Positions 22,729 through 34,955 of a DNA stretch of 64,000 bases are shown in pieces. Within the stretch, counting starts at the first letter, position 1. Every line of letters begins with the position of its first letter. The stretch comes from Fistulifera solaris (Eukaryota), in assembly GCA_030295235.1 (NCBI GenBank), contig AP026162.1, forward strand, positions 1,426,001 through 1,490,000, in the 5' to 3' direction. The translations under genes were made by a program, and so were the position numbers. Under the pieces are notes generated by a model. That model saw only the letters and a program-made list of their open reading frames with translations. It was not told where the DNA came from and made no database searches.

Positions 22729-24795
22729 CTACACTTGTTCATCTATTCTAAGCAATGACTTGGTGAGACGCTCTAGATCAGCGCCATCTTCATTATTCCG
22801 TAAAATACAGGCCACGTGCCCATCGGGGCGGATGACAATTGAATATGGCTTTCTTCCGTCTTCAAGAAATGAAAACGGCGATGTCCGCCTAGCCCTGGCT
22901 TCACGCACAATCAATTTTCCTGAGCTAGCAACTGCCTTTTCATCGTCAACCAAGTGTACAATTTCAATAGGTAGTTGAACTGCCTCGCCAAGTCGTTCGG
23001 CAATTTGATCAGCCAATCCCCAATTTCGATTATCCATCCCAACTGTCAGCAGCACACAGCAAGGATGCTCAGTGCGCTTTAACTGCGCTGGAAGATCGGT
23101 CGAACTCAACAATTTCTCAGAGGCAGCGTCTACAAATTGTAATCCATCGTACTTTTCCTTCCCGGAAATCGCTTCGAGTAAAACGTGGGGAAGTAGATAT
23201 CCTTCCTGCAGTCTTGGAGAGCTCGCCCACGAATCCGTGTGCTGCCTCGTACGTTTGTCGCTCGTCTCGGAATAACCAAAGCCGATCTCAAAACTAGGAA
23301 ACAGAAGCGGAAGACCGGCCCCCGATTTTAGCGTTTTTCTCAGTGAGGATACAATATGCCGAGTATACGGCGACTCGAACCGCAACCCAGAAAGCGGAAG
23401 CATCACCATCTTTAAACAAGATAGAAACATAGACCGCTTTGTAGCTCTAGACATTGGCATGTAATCCATCATGCGAAGAGTCAATTTAGCGTGATCTTCG
23501 TCCAAGTAGAATGATCGAATGACTTTCACAAGACGTTTGTAGTTTCGAATAGAAAGGGCAGCATTTTGTTTTGCAATAGGCTGGCGCTCATCATGATACG
23601 ATTTCAGAAGATTTCTTATGACCCCAGAATTACTCATCTGCCGGTTGTGAAACGCGTGAGCGATTTTCCAAGCCAGATTGTGCGCATCCTGTAGACCCGT
23701 ATTCATCCCAAACCCTCCAGCAGGAGGAAATACATGTGCAGCATCACCAACCAGGGCCATACCATCTTCTGTATAGTAACGATCGGCGACTTGCGCACTC
23801 ATAACCCAAGAGTTTGACGATACGATCTCCCATTCCTTCACTTTTTCACCAAAGATGGCTTGAATGGTTTTGTCGAGTCGACCGTTCGAGTAGTCTTCTT
23901 GAAACGATTGATAAGGATGAAAGTACGGAATCTGGATAATATACTCTCCCACCGAGTGACACACAACCATAGATAAGGCTTCTGGTGAAAAAGTGGAGTA
24001 CAACATGGCATGATTCCCATTCTCATGGAGGCGAGCGGCGTCCTCCGGCGGTAGACGAACATGCACATTCACTAGGTGCTGTAGAGCTTCATCACCCCGG
24101 AAATCAATACCCTTAGTGCGTCGTATTTTGGAGGCAGAGCCATCGGCTGCGACAAGGAGATCGGTTGATATTCTTTGTCCGTCCGACGTCTCAACAATAT
24201 GGCGGGTGTCACCCGACGATGTAATCTTTTCAACTGCAGTTCCGTAAAGCAATGTCGACTCGGGGTGTAAACAAGCATGATCGTACAGTATTTTTCCAAA
24301 GGTATGCTGAGCCAGATGCCCAACCGAGCAGACTGAAACGTCTGCATTGCGCGTGAAACGTTTGACGTCGTCGCGTAGGACACCGTTGGCGTCACAGTTT
24401 GCTTGTAAAGGTCTGTCTAAAGGATGAATGACCTCAGCCAGCGGCGTTGTTTGCGACATATCGGTAACAAATCGAAATGATTTCCATTGATCAACTGGGG
24501 GCATTTCAAGGAGCACGCGCTTGTACGCGCTGGGCAGGCAATGTTTGAGGATCTCCATGGTTCGAGTATTGAGGAAGTGTGCCTGAGGATGCCGGAAACG
24601 TGTTTCAACACATTGTGCCTCAAAAACGAAATTGGGAACCTTGTAGTTGCAGGATAATAAATTTGAGAGCATTAAACCCGACGGACCTCCACCGACAATA
24701 ACAACTGGGCTGTGCGAGTCGCATGGCGGAAAAGAGGAAAAGCAATGCGTGGCCTTTCGCGTTCGACGCACCCGAAATATTCCGCGAGACAACAT
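22729..24795 (-). CDS. FAD-dependent aromatic monooxygenase (FAD_binding_3, dichlorophenol hydroxylase-like), probable mitochondrial presequence
   Basis: Motifs VVIVGGGPSG, HPQAHFLNTRTMEI, LVAADG, LVGDAAHVFPPAGGFGMNTGLQDAHNLAWK and C-terminal IRPDGHVA. Arg-rich N-terminus. Confidence 0.9.
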   Translation of the reverse strand: MLSRGIFRVRRTRKATHCFSSFPPCDSHSPVVIVGGGPSGLMLSNLLSCNYKVPNFVFEAQCVETRFRHPQAHFLNTRTMEILKHCLPSAYKRVLLEMPPVDQWKSFRFVTDMSQTTPLAEVIHPLDRPLQANCDANGVLRDDVKRFTRNADVSVCSVGHLAQHTFGKILYDHACLHPESTLLYGTAVEKITSSGDTRHIVETSDGQRISTDLLVAADGSASKIRRTKGIDFRGDEALQHLVNVHVRLPPEDAARLHENGNHAMLYSTFSPEALSMVVCHSVGEYIIQIPYFHPYQSFQEDYSNGRLDKTIQAIFGEKVKEWEIVSSNSWVMSAQVADRYYTEDGMALVGDAAHVFPPAGGFGMNTGLQDAHNLAWKIAHAFHNRQMSNSGVIRNLLKSYHDERQPIAKQNAALSIRNYKRLVKVIRSFYLDEDHAKLTLRMMDYMPMSRATKRSMFLSCLKMVMLPLSGLRFESPYTRHIVSSLRKTLKSGAGLPLLFPSFEIGFGYSETSDKRTRQHTDSWASSPRLQEGYLLPHVLLEAISGKEKYDGLQFVDAASEKLLSSTDLPAQLKRTEHPCCVLLTVGMDNRNWGLADQIAERLGEAVQLPIEIVHLVDDEKAVASSGKLIVREARARRTSPFSFLEDGRKPYSIVIRPDGHVACILRNNEDGADLERLTKSLLRIDEQV

Positions 24796-25014
24796 AATGC
24801 CTCCGTGAGCGCCTAGAAGACGGCTATATCATGGAACCTTAAATTGTCAATGAAAAAAGCTAGAATAGCGTCAAGTTAGATCCATTTGAATAGATAGACC
24901 TGTCATTTTCATTTTTTTGTCGACGATCCTACATTCTCATTCTGTCGGACCACGTGTCATGTCGTTTCGGTTCCGCGTGGGGACCGCCGAGTACTCTAAT
25001 ACATCAGAATTTCA

Positions 25015-25470
25015 GTCTGCTTTAAAGAAGGGCAACGTATCGACTATGGTCCAGAGTGTGAAATCTACTTATTCACGACTGGGATTCAGTCATGAATCAA
25101 TAGTCTTTCGAGCGACTTCGCCGCCTACAATTCATTCGTTCGCCAATTATTATTCTTGAGCTAAATCTGTCGTCCATGCATTTAATAAAATAGTCTTTTA
25201 GCAGCTTGTCAATGTCGAAAAGCCCGCGAAACTGCGAAAAGCCGTTTGCCGTATTTCACTATGGAGCAAAGTGTTGTCCGTTTCTCGCCACGACTGCACT
25301 TCAGTCATGAATCAGTATTTTTTTATAGCGACAATGTTTAGTCTAGTCTAGGCTATCTACAATTCGTTCGTTCGCCAATTTTCTCAACTCTATCTGTCGT
25401 TGTTGCAAGCAAATACTCTTAGTAGCATTTGCATTACACGCCTCGATATTTTTACGTCGAAAACCCTATG
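25015..25470 (+). repeat. Intergenic element family A, tandem dimer (copies 3-4, period 215 bp)
   Basis: Palindromes at 25074-25094 and 25289-25309. Both are followed by CTACAATTCRTTCGTTCGCCAATT...ATCTGTCGT...GTCGAAAA. Confidence 0.9.
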
Positions 25471-25678
25471 ATTCACCTGTTCTACATTCACTTTCCGCAT
25501 CATAAGGCGCTTGCCCTAGCACTAGAGCTGACCCAGCAAGGTCTCAGATTAAAAAGTTTATGAGAAAATGAAAAATAGCAATGGAAAAATCAAATTAGGA
25601 TTTAGTATTAGGGTTATTCATGATTGTTTATTAACAGCGCAACGTTTGAGAAATAAACTTAAATCGTAACGTAACGAT

Positions 25679-27896
25679 TTATTTAATGCGTCTGGGTGCC
25701 CTATACCGAAATTCCGTGGGCACATTCATCATCCAAAATTTTGGAAGATTATTGTTCGACTGAAGTTCTGGAATGGCCAGTGCTAGTGACCGACTGAGGT
25801 TAGCCTCCTTCATGGCCTCGATTACCAATCGACTTACAGCACCCGCCTTGCAAGCCTCCTCAAAAACTATGCGTACTTTTAGTTCTCTTTCCGATGACCC
25901 TGGAACAGTATGTTTGGCGAGGCACTTAAGATAAGCGGCGTAGGTATGATGATCGGGAGACGCACCCAAACCATGTACGTTATCTCGTAGCTCCAAGAAA
26001 GTTCGCTGAGCAATGGAATATGCATCATTTGAAGTATCAATTGAATCCATGAAAGCATCCTTAACTTTTTTCGCGGGTCCCACCTCAGAGGAAGGGTAAG
26101 TTGCCGCAACTGTGATGACCGATGTGAAAGGACTAGCTGGGTTCCTCGATGCGCTTATGTCTCCATTCTTGAAACGGGTCAAAAGGGAATCTAATAAGTC
26201 GCGTGCTTCGATGATTCTGTCTGCTTTCTCCGAATCAGAGTACGCCCTTATGACAATCGCGTACGATTGAAAGTCCGGCAAAACGGACTCTCCCAGAAAT
26301 CCACCAGCAAGCTCGTGCTGAAAAGAAAGCATTTGTGAAGCTCTTTGAGCAGCATCCTTATGAAAATTAGCAGACTGTGACCATGCTGAGGAAGAGCAAT
26401 CGATTGTTAGATAAGGAAACAAGCAAATCTCGTTTTGCCGCACAGACATCTTTCTCACCGTTAAGACATGCATTGAACGACGCAACATCAGGGTATATCT
26501 TCTCTTCCAACATTTTCTGCAATATCTCTTCGCAGCGTGGCGCGGCCTCGCGGGTTCTTGTCTTGGACCAGATGTCGAGACAAACGTTGAATCCTAGCAC
26601 TAAAGCTTTGTCATCGTCAGAGATGTCCTTTTCGATATCATCACTCCTTTTCGCTCTCACGAAATCCACCATGTACCACAACACTTGTTCTGCCCGTTCG
26701 GCGGCACGAAGTCTTTTCCTTGGATCGCTTTGCTTCGCAGCCGACCCTTTGAATGCCGCCATGGCTGTAATAAAAGTTCTCAAATCGGGAGACACCGTTT
26801 CTGATTGCATGATTTCTTTCAAGAGCTCCATTGCCCGATCCGGTTGCCTCGCGGCTAAAGCTTTCAAAGTACTAGTGTAGGATATAATATCAGCGGTAGC
26901 GATCTTTCTCTTGTTGTTTGCAGGATTTTTCTCGTCGTATGGTATGCCGTGATCGCGCTCATATGTCATTGCTTGCTCGTTGTGAGTTTGCTGCAGAGAC
27001 CTCAGAATGGACAATGCTCTTTCGCCAGCCTCCGGTGCATTTGTATTCCCCCATGCTGTAATAACGTGGCCGTAGCTTTTGGTGTTCGGCCGCGTGTGCC
27101 AGCCAAGTTCTTGGTGGTATCGATTCATTTCATGTAAAACACCTTCCGCCATGATGGCTGCTTTCGAATGTGACTTCGAAGCTTGTACGAGTCCTACCAG
27201 ATATGTATTATACAAGTCCGCATCAGGTTGACTCAGCGGAGGATCCAGCACCTGTCCACTTCCCAACGTGTATACTTCAGGATTCGCACGAGCTGTCTCA
27301 AAGACCCGCCGATCAATAATCGCCTGTTCTACAGCAAGCTGCATCAACTCTTTCATCCGAAAGAAAGCGACATTTCGTTGATCCGAAATGACACCCCAAC
27401 CAAAAACTACCATTTGAATTAAACGGGAAGGTACAGTAACAACAATTTTTTGTTCTTCTAGTAACCGCCGCTTCTCGACAAACAGGCGATCTAAAATATC
27501 ATGCGCCATTTGAAGTCCCACCAACGAAGATCCTTGTTGCTTGCGACAGCATTCTCTCATCAGATTTTCAAGTATGGTAAAGTGATATGGCTGAATTTGT
27601 TCGGCTTCTAGGAGGCACTCTACACGGCGCTGTAAGCTTTTGCGAGTATCCATCCAAGGCGGAACCGATCTTATTTCCGATGGTGACGACGGGCTCGATA
27701 AGTCGCAAGTGTCGTGAGTTGCCGTCGACGAGAAGTTTCGTAAAGAAATTTGACTCGATGACTGAGAGACATGGCTGCTTGGTTCAATCGCACGAAACAA
27801 TTCAATGTCGGTCCTCGGTAAAGAATTCGACACAATCTGGTTTACCAAACGCAGAGATCGGCGTCTAGCTGTCAGTTGTGTAACACGTCCTAGCAT
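25679..27896 (-). CDS. Pentatricopeptide-repeat (PPR) protein, probably mitochondrial; 2 exons
   Basis: PPR-like motifs PDADLYNTYL, PNTKSYGHVITAW, ADIISYTSTL, PDVASFNACLN|AWS, PDFQSYAIVIRAY and PDHHTYAAYL. Intron at 26458-26386. Arg/Ser-rich presequence. Confidence 0.85.
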
Positions 27897-28380
27897 TCTT
27901 TAACATCCACACACCCGCCAGACACTTGTACAACATCGAATTGGTCGTTTTCATAAATTCCCTGTATTGAAGGTTGCTATGCAAATGCGAAGTCTTCATC
28001 GACCATGTTATTTCTTTGAAGAAAATACGGAGTAATGAATAAGAGCGGGTGCGAGAGCGCGATCGAGAGCGAGACCGTGACGGACGGCGGACGACGGACG
28101 GTTAGTCAACGTCACACTTGCTTGGTCCCACTTGTTCTACTATAGTGATCTTTATTCGCGGGAAAACGCCTTTGAAAAAGACTTATGGCCTCCAGCGAAT
28201 ACATAGTACTTATAAACATATAGCTAAAAATTTAAAAAATTCAAAGTGGGCTTCGGGGGAGTTTTTTCCGGGCCCACGCATTTTTCATTTTCCCCACTTA
28301 TTTATTCTCCATTTCCGGCCATAGCGAAACGTTATTACTCCGTATTTCCCCCACAAGTCCATTTAACTAACAATTACATC

Positions 28381-28920
28381 ATGACATCAACCGATCACTC
28401 TTCGCATCTCTTCGCACGTATCGGAGGACCCAATGCAGTGCGTGATATTGTGGATGAGCTTGACAAGCTCGTATCGAACGACCCGGAACTCATGGAGCTC
28501 TTTGACGGTGTCCGTCTTTCGCTGATAAAAGTTCACCATCACATGATCCTTCGGATGGCTTTTGAGGGAGTAAATCCAGAAGCCGAGAGATCAATTCTTT
28601 TGAATCATAAGCGTCTTTTTCTTGAAAAGGGACTGAATGGAGACCACTTTGATGCACTGTGTTGCCACCTCGTCGATGCCTTGGAGCGGTGTAATGTCGC
28701 CCATGAATTGGTCGAGGAAGCCGCTGAAAATATCAGCAAACTGCGCGACTTGTTTGAAGACGGAGGAACTTCTTGTCAATTCATTCAAGCGGAGGAGGAG
28801 GTCCGAAAAGAGCATAATCTCGAAATCAAGAGTCCTTTGCGGAGTCCCCGGAAAAATCGTAACGTGTCTGTGAGAGGCGCCTTGCGTCATATATTCTCCC
28901 CTTCCGCTCATGCTGCTTAA
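28381..28920 (+). CDS. Group I truncated (2/2) haemoglobin-like protein with C-terminal extension
   Basis: LFARIGGPNAVRDIVD, DPELMELFDG, proximal His in NHKRL, and GLNGDHFDALCCHLVDAL...V...LVEEA. Confidence 0.85.
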   Translation: MTSTDHSSHLFARIGGPNAVRDIVDELDKLVSNDPELMELFDGVRLSLIKVHHHMILRMAFEGVNPEAERSILLNHKRLFLEKGLNGDHFDALCCHLVDALERCNVAHELVEEAAENISKLRDLFEDGGTSCQFIQAEEEVRKEHNLEIKSPLRSPRKNRNVSVRGALRHIFSPSAHAA

Positions 28921-29187
28921 ACGATTTAGATATAGACGATGTAGAATGATGCGTAACTTAACCTAGACTTTTAATTTACCATATCTAGTTGCGTGTCGTT
29001 ATTTTCAGTCTGAGTCGCTATGGGACCTTCAAGTGTACTTTACAGCGGACAAGCAGGAAACAGATTTGAAAAAAAGAAAACTGCCCGCAAGACCATTCAA
29101 CACCATAACATCCAATGATCTTCTTATAAGAACGATGGCGCATTATTTATATACAAATAACGACGTACCTTCAAGCTCTGAAATAAT

Positions 29188-29953
29188 ATGTTTTTGTTGA
29201 TTGAGAATCCGCACAAGGGGAATAATCTCGGTTCCATCATTCGCTGTGCCTGTGCATTCGGAATACAAATCGTTGTGGCCGTCGGATACGAGCAATATTC
29301 TGCGGAAGGTAAGCGCGCACGATTCTTTGACAGTCCTATTGCAAACGATACTCAACTCCTTAAATCTTGAAGGGTCTCACGGTGCGTCCAAGAACGTGGA
29401 TGTGGTTGCTTTTCCTACATCGCAACAAGCCGCAGAATACATAAGGACGGAGCTTTGCTGCACGGAAATTATTGGTTTGTTAGGATCCATTGAGAACGGC
29501 TACAGCACTTTGAATCTCGGAATCGATGAAAAATCGAACAATCTAAGAGCGCAGAAGGATATTACGACAGAGGATTTGAATCTACTGACAAGCGAATCAT
29601 GCCCAGTCCACGAGTTTAAGGCGAACCCAAACTGCTGTCTCGCCGTGCATCGGAAGTTTGGTCTTCCCCTTGATTTAGCTCAGCACTGCTCTCGGTTTGT
29701 GCATGTTCCTGTTCTATCTGGAATACTGGACTCTCCAGCTTGTATGTCGATTGTTTTGCATGAGTTTACGGAACAGTTTGAGTACACGGAGCAAGGTTTT
29801 CGAGGCCAGAAATTCGCAGTTGTTCGACCTAATCTGGAAACTATGAAAGCAAAGAGAAGTCAAGAACGCCTGAACAAAAAGTTGCTGCACCATAAGGAAT
29901 GTGACGAGATTGATCATTACGGACAAGTGTTCGAAGAAATGGGTGATTATTAG
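29188..29953 (+). CDS. SpoU/TrmH-family RNA methyltransferase, 2 exons
   Basis: LLIENPHKGNNLGSIIRCACAFG, EG|SHGA and GLP...CSRFVHVP...LDSPACMSIVLHEF. Intron at 29309-29372. An ATG at 29135 is possible if one A is missing. Confidence 0.8.
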
Positions 29954-30550
29954 TGACCATCACACACTCTATGGAGCGCAGCGTCTACCTTAGATTGCTC
30001 AGTTGCGTAACCTGCTTTAGCATGAAGGCATTATGAAATCGTTGGCAAACTCAGATGACGAATCATTGCCTTATGAGTATCACACCTGATAAAGGGTTAC
30101 AAAGGAACGAGAGGATGAGACATTCGAGACGTGCTCATCACCCTTTGGGCATCTTTGGGTTCAGTGCGAATGCTAGGCTAAGTTATTGAACTTTACAGAG
30201 ATAATAGACAACTACAAGGTACCGGTACCGGTACCTTATATTAATAGGTTTACGTCGTGAACTTAAAATGTACAGTAGCGCCTTTTTTCGCAAGGAGAAA
30301 ATAAATTTATTTTCTCCTTGCCTTTTCGTGGTGATTATAAGATCAGAGATAACGTCATTTACGGACAAATGACGGACAATGCAGGTACCGTATAATGGTA
30401 CCGTAGAAAATCGCGTCATCGCATTCCCTTTTCGGTGCTTGTTTCTTCTTTTTCATTACTGAGTATTTGTGAATGCTCTTTTAAAAGAAAGAGGCTTTCA
30501 TAAAAGCAATAACCACAAATCAATCTCCTTGTGTGTCAAAGTATATCGAA

Positions 30551-30877
30551 ATGTCGTCATCATCATCCGAGGCAGACACTGCGGGCCGTCTGAAGGACTT
30601 GGGCCGTGAATCACGACTGTCATTCCGAAACATTGCCGAACATCAACTTCGACGTGAGCTGAAAGAAAAGGCTCTCGAAATTTGCGATCCAGTGATTAAG
30701 TCATTTGCCGAGTGTTCACAAGAAAAAGGTCTCTGGGTCATCTTTTCGTGCAAAGAGCAATTTAAAGAAGTGAACGAATGTCTGAATCAATACAATGGAG
30801 AAGAAGCATGGCAGAAATATAAAGCGGAACACCAAGATGAAATCGAAAGCAGAGCTGTCGGAAAAAAGAGAATGTGA
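30551..30877 (+). CDS. CMC1: COX assembly twin-CX9C protein (CMC1-like)
   Basis: AEHQLRRELKEKALEIC-X9-C...WVIFSC-X9-C pattern. Confidence 0.82.
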   Translation: MSSSSSEADTAGRLKDLGRESRLSFRNIAEHQLRRELKEKALEICDPVIKSFAECSQEKGLWVIFSCKEQFKEVNECLNQYNGEEAWQKYKAEHQDEIESRAVGKKRM

Positions 30878-31421
30878 GGGGCTGGAAACGAATAGCGGGG
30901 AATGGTGGTTGATTTCAAGGCATACAATCCTAATTTTTCATCAAATGAATTCTTCCATTTGCCCTTCTGTTACTGTCGCTTGCGCCTTTTTTTAAATCGA
31001 AACTTTTTGAAGAATAAGATACAGCTAAAGGATAGGATGCTCAAAACTTCCGTGCGCTTGTCAATGCAGAACTATTGCGTCGAAAAAATTTCCGCCATTT
31101 GTAGCCAGTAGAACTTTGGATCGTTTTTGCTCCAGCATTTCCCGTTTCATTCCGTTCAATCGATCGAAACTACGAGAACGCTTGAATATGTCTTTCGTTT
31201 TTCAAATTTTGAAATATACTTCTTAGCTGCCTAGACTACCTTATCACAAATCATCGACACATAGCTAAAGTGGTCGACGATAATCGTACCGGTATTCGAT
31301 TTCGACTTTTCGGATTTTGCTGTTTTGTATTGCGACCAAAATGAAAGGTCATAATAACAGGTGCAGATTGCAAAGCTGTTTATTTCAAACTGCTGTTGCG
31401 TTTTGATAGTTGAAAACGAAA

Positions 31422-32517
31422 ATGGATTTTTCATTGCCGTCAGCGCCGGCCGTTGGGGCAGTTATACCGAGCCGCTACGAGGCAACGAGTATGTGTTATC
31501 ATGAAGACGGCAAACGCTTATTTGTTGCGTACGAAGGAGGCTCTCTCCTCCAAGCGATCGACTGCACGAGTGGATCGGCCGCCAAACCTGCATTTAAATG
31601 CGAGGATGAGCAAATACATTGTGTTGAAGCGACGTAAGTGGATTTTGTACGGAGAGTTCTTCTTTGTTTTATGATCCTTCTGATCTTTTCGCACAAATAT
31701 TAGACATCACGAAGAGTGCGTTCTTATTGCCGGCAAAGGTTCTCCTACCGTCCCTTCAAATCAGAGAAGTGCTATAACCTATTGGTCGCTGTATGATAAT
31801 AAGATCTTGCGGAAATTTCGTGGCCACACCGATCAGATCACAAAAATTTCAATGAGCCCCGCCGATGACACCTTTCTCTCGTCTAGTAAAGACAGAACCG
31901 TTCGATTGTGGTCCGCTCAGTCCGCGGGGTCGCTTGCTGAACTAAAACTACCAGGAGATCGTACCAGTAAGGATCCTTTGGCGGCGTTCGATAGTACGGG
32001 TCTTGTGTTTGCCGTGACAGCCAAAATGGCGGAGAATCAAGGACAATATCTGCACCTCTACGATGCGAGAAATTACGGGGTCGGGGCCTTCGCCGAATTG
32101 AAAATAACACGGGATGATATTGAAAAGGCTTTGCAGAGTTTCGTGAGCGTGAGTCCAGATCAGCTCTCCACATTCAGCCAAGCGGATTTAACGTCTCTTC
32201 AGTTCAATACATCAGGAAATAAGATCTTGGCTGGCACCGATCGAGGCATGTCTTTTGTAATGGACGGTTTCGAAGGAACAATTCAAGGGGTGTTTGTCAG
32301 TACTTCACAGCGCCCGGCTGTATCATGTTTCTCTTCGGATGATAAAACCGTCTTGGTTGGGAACGAAGATGGAAGTATTACTTGCTGGGATGTTGAAACT
32401 GGTAGTATGATGAAGCGACTTGATGGACACCCGGGTCCTGTACAATGTATAGCTTCCAATCCGAAATTTGCACAATTCGCATCCGCTTGCACGCAAACAG
32501 CTTTGTGGACATGGTAA
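31422..32517 (+). CDS. WDR82: WDR82/Swd2 WD40 subunit (COMPASS / PNUTS-PP1), 2 exons
   Basis: YWSLYDNKILRKFRGHTDQITKISMSPADDTFLSSSKDRTVRLW, AAFDSTGLVFA and HLYDARNYGVGAF. Intron at 31634-31703. Confidence 0.88.
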
Positions 32518-32569
32518 ACAAAACATAATTGAGCCAGAAACGTAACTATTCTATCAATTACTACTTCGA

Positions 32570-32944
32570 CTATCCTAAGATATTTTCGTTTTCTCTGTGC
32601 CACTGCTCTAGTGCCTCCTCAACCTGTGTTATCAAGTGGTCCGTCTCGCCTCCCAGATCCTCAATAGCGTTCGATAGAACCGCCTTTGGGTCGGTTGTGG
32701 CGCTGTTGGTCTGAATTTTGAGATCGATGTAGTGCACAAGAGGATGCGGGTGAATGTAGCCGGCAAAACGGACGTTAGGGTCCCGAAGAAGTTGCATTCT
32801 CAATAGATTTGCGATTGTATGATCTTCCTTGTTGAATCGAAAGACACCAGCATTCGCAATCTTCGTATCCGGAGTGTAGACGATCTTTTGCTCCCCGCTA
32901 CCTTCGTCGAGGAGAAACGACGATGATCTTTCCGGTGCGTTCAT
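32570..32944 (-). CDS. RPB11: RNA polymerase II subunit RPB11
   Basis: MNAPER..FLL, DTKIANAGVFRFNKEDHTIANLLRMQLLRDPNVRFAGYIHPHPL. Confidence 0.97.
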   Translation of the reverse strand: MNAPERSSSFLLDEGSGEQKIVYTPDTKIANAGVFRFNKEDHTIANLLRMQLLRDPNVRFAGYIHPHPLVHYIDLKIQTNSATTDPKAVLSNAIEDLGGETDHLITQVEEALEQWHRENENILG

Positions 32945-33606
32945 AGCTGAGTCTGTTCGGCTTCTTCTTGCAAATACAACAACACGTTAGTGATTACTTC
33001 GTAAATAAGTTTGATGCGGAATGTTTTTAAGGTAATGGATGTTATGCTCTTATGTGATTTACTCCGGAGTACTTGTATTTTTTCTTGTTTTGCTCGTCTC
33101 GGATCGTTGCACGCCGCACGCCGGCCACACGCCGAGAAAAGGTACTGTACGTCAGGCTGTACGGCTGTACGTTGCCTGCCTATGACCGTCAACCGTTAAT
33201 TAAAATCGCCGTAAAGAAGCTAGGTACAAAAACAGACCTAATCTTAGTTTTCTCGAAGATTACTTGACCGATTCTCGTTGACTTAAATATTCAACGACAA
33301 TGAAAAAGGATGAAAGAAACTGGAACTTCGTCGACTCTTTGTACGTTCGTTCAGGGTCAGGGACGTCGAGAGTCCGGCGAATGCACGGAAACTAGCTAAT
33401 AACATAACATCCTTTCACAAAAATAAGTGTTACTATAATAAAATTGGAATCATCAATGAGTCCGTTACACAACCCACTCCGTCCCTTCTTTTCTTGGCGT
33501 ACCAAGTTTATCTCCAAAAGCTTCCATCCAGTAGTGAACAATAAGCAAACCAAATCAAGGCCCTGCTATTATACACCTTCGTCAAATGCAGTTCTCTCAT
33601 GCTCAG

Positions 33607-34955
33607 TTATGATTGTCGTCCACGTTTTGCACCATTGGAAATTGGCGCCGTGGCTCCGCTTCGCTTCCTATCATCTACTACGATAGGCGGCCGTCGAACT
33701 TCAGCGGAATCTACGAGCGATCGGAGAGAGGACAGCGGACCGGTGTGTGTTTGACTGTCATCGATAGGTGCGACGCTGCTTCTTCGCCTCGCTAAATTCT
33801 TCTCGGGGGCGTCTTCCTGGCCGAGAGTCTGTTCATTGAGACGACTGATCATATTAATGAAAAGTCGTTCGTCCTCGTACAATGCCTCGTTGCCCTGCTC
33901 CAAAAGTGACTTTGACACGTCCTCATACATTTGCTCACATCGGTTGATCATGTCAAGAACTTTGGGGTACGAGGCAAAGTTGCTCTTCGGAGACCAACGT
34001 GAGTCGGACAGGAGGAGAGCAATTGCGAACAGGCAAACCCTTTAAACATCTTACCTTATTGACTATTTTCGACATAAAAGCGGTACGTGTCTGGTGCCCT
34101 GTTACTTTGTCATGCTTCTTCAAGATTTTCGAAAAGAACAGTACGTCATGATCGCAAAAGTCTCGAGGAGCAGCAAGTCCTTGTAAAGTCTATAAATGCT
34201 TTTCGCCGATAGCGCCCACTTCTCAGATGCAAGAGCATCTGACCTTTTCATGATCTCCATCCCCTCTCTGACTCTTTCCTCTCTAATCGAAAACTCTTGC
34301 TGAGCTTTGTCGAAAAAGTGTGACGCTTTCTTGAACTCAACATGAAGTTGTTTGAAAAGGCGATCTCACCTGGGTTCCTCCCCAGTTCTTGTTTCTGATG
34401 CTGCACACCAGATTCAAGATCCCCTGTAAAGTCATCTTCGCTGGTACGAGGATCGCATTGTGACTGCTCAGATTCACCATGTGCAACGCAATTCTCTTGA
34501 CTACAGACTTTCGAAGTATCCGATAAACTCACAATCTTTTCCTCTGCTTCTGGTTTCTCCAGGGACTCATCCGAAGGAATAAACAAAGGAAGATCTTTTA
34601 TCAGTTTCTGTGGCACAGGGTTGTTTTGTTAGAGTCATTCTATCGAAAACAAAACGCATTTGCATAGCAATAACGAGCGAATCGTTTGAAAGAGATTCAT
34701 TCGTCAAGATTCATTTCGTCTACGACATTAAACGCGACTGGAAATTGATAGCAAAATCCATGAAAACTTATGGACGGGTACCGGAACGATACGGAGAAGA
34801 CACTCCAAAGCAGACAATTTTGGAGAACCGATCGCCTTGGACCCGTGACTATGAGCAGCTTTCTTACCTTGAGCATTTTGTAATTCGTCCAATACGGTGC
34901 CCATTCTGGATCAGAGATATCTACAACTTTCTGCAGATTTTTTACAAAACTTCAT
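33607..34955 (-). CDS. SPX-domain phosphate-sensing protein; 3 exons, two homopolymer frameshifts
   Basis: Corrected exon 1 reads MKFCKNLQKVVDISDPEWAPYWTNYKMLK|KLIK. Further SPX motifs are EIAFFKQLHVEFKKASHFF and LLLLETFAIMTYCSFSKILKKHDKVTG. Introns at 34867-34608 and 34054-33985. Confidence 0.88.

Noticed and set aside
22591..28049. Shared 12-mer AATAAGAGCGGG upstream of two minus-strand genes (22591, 28038)
   Set aside because: Only two occurrences; insufficient to call a regulatory motif.
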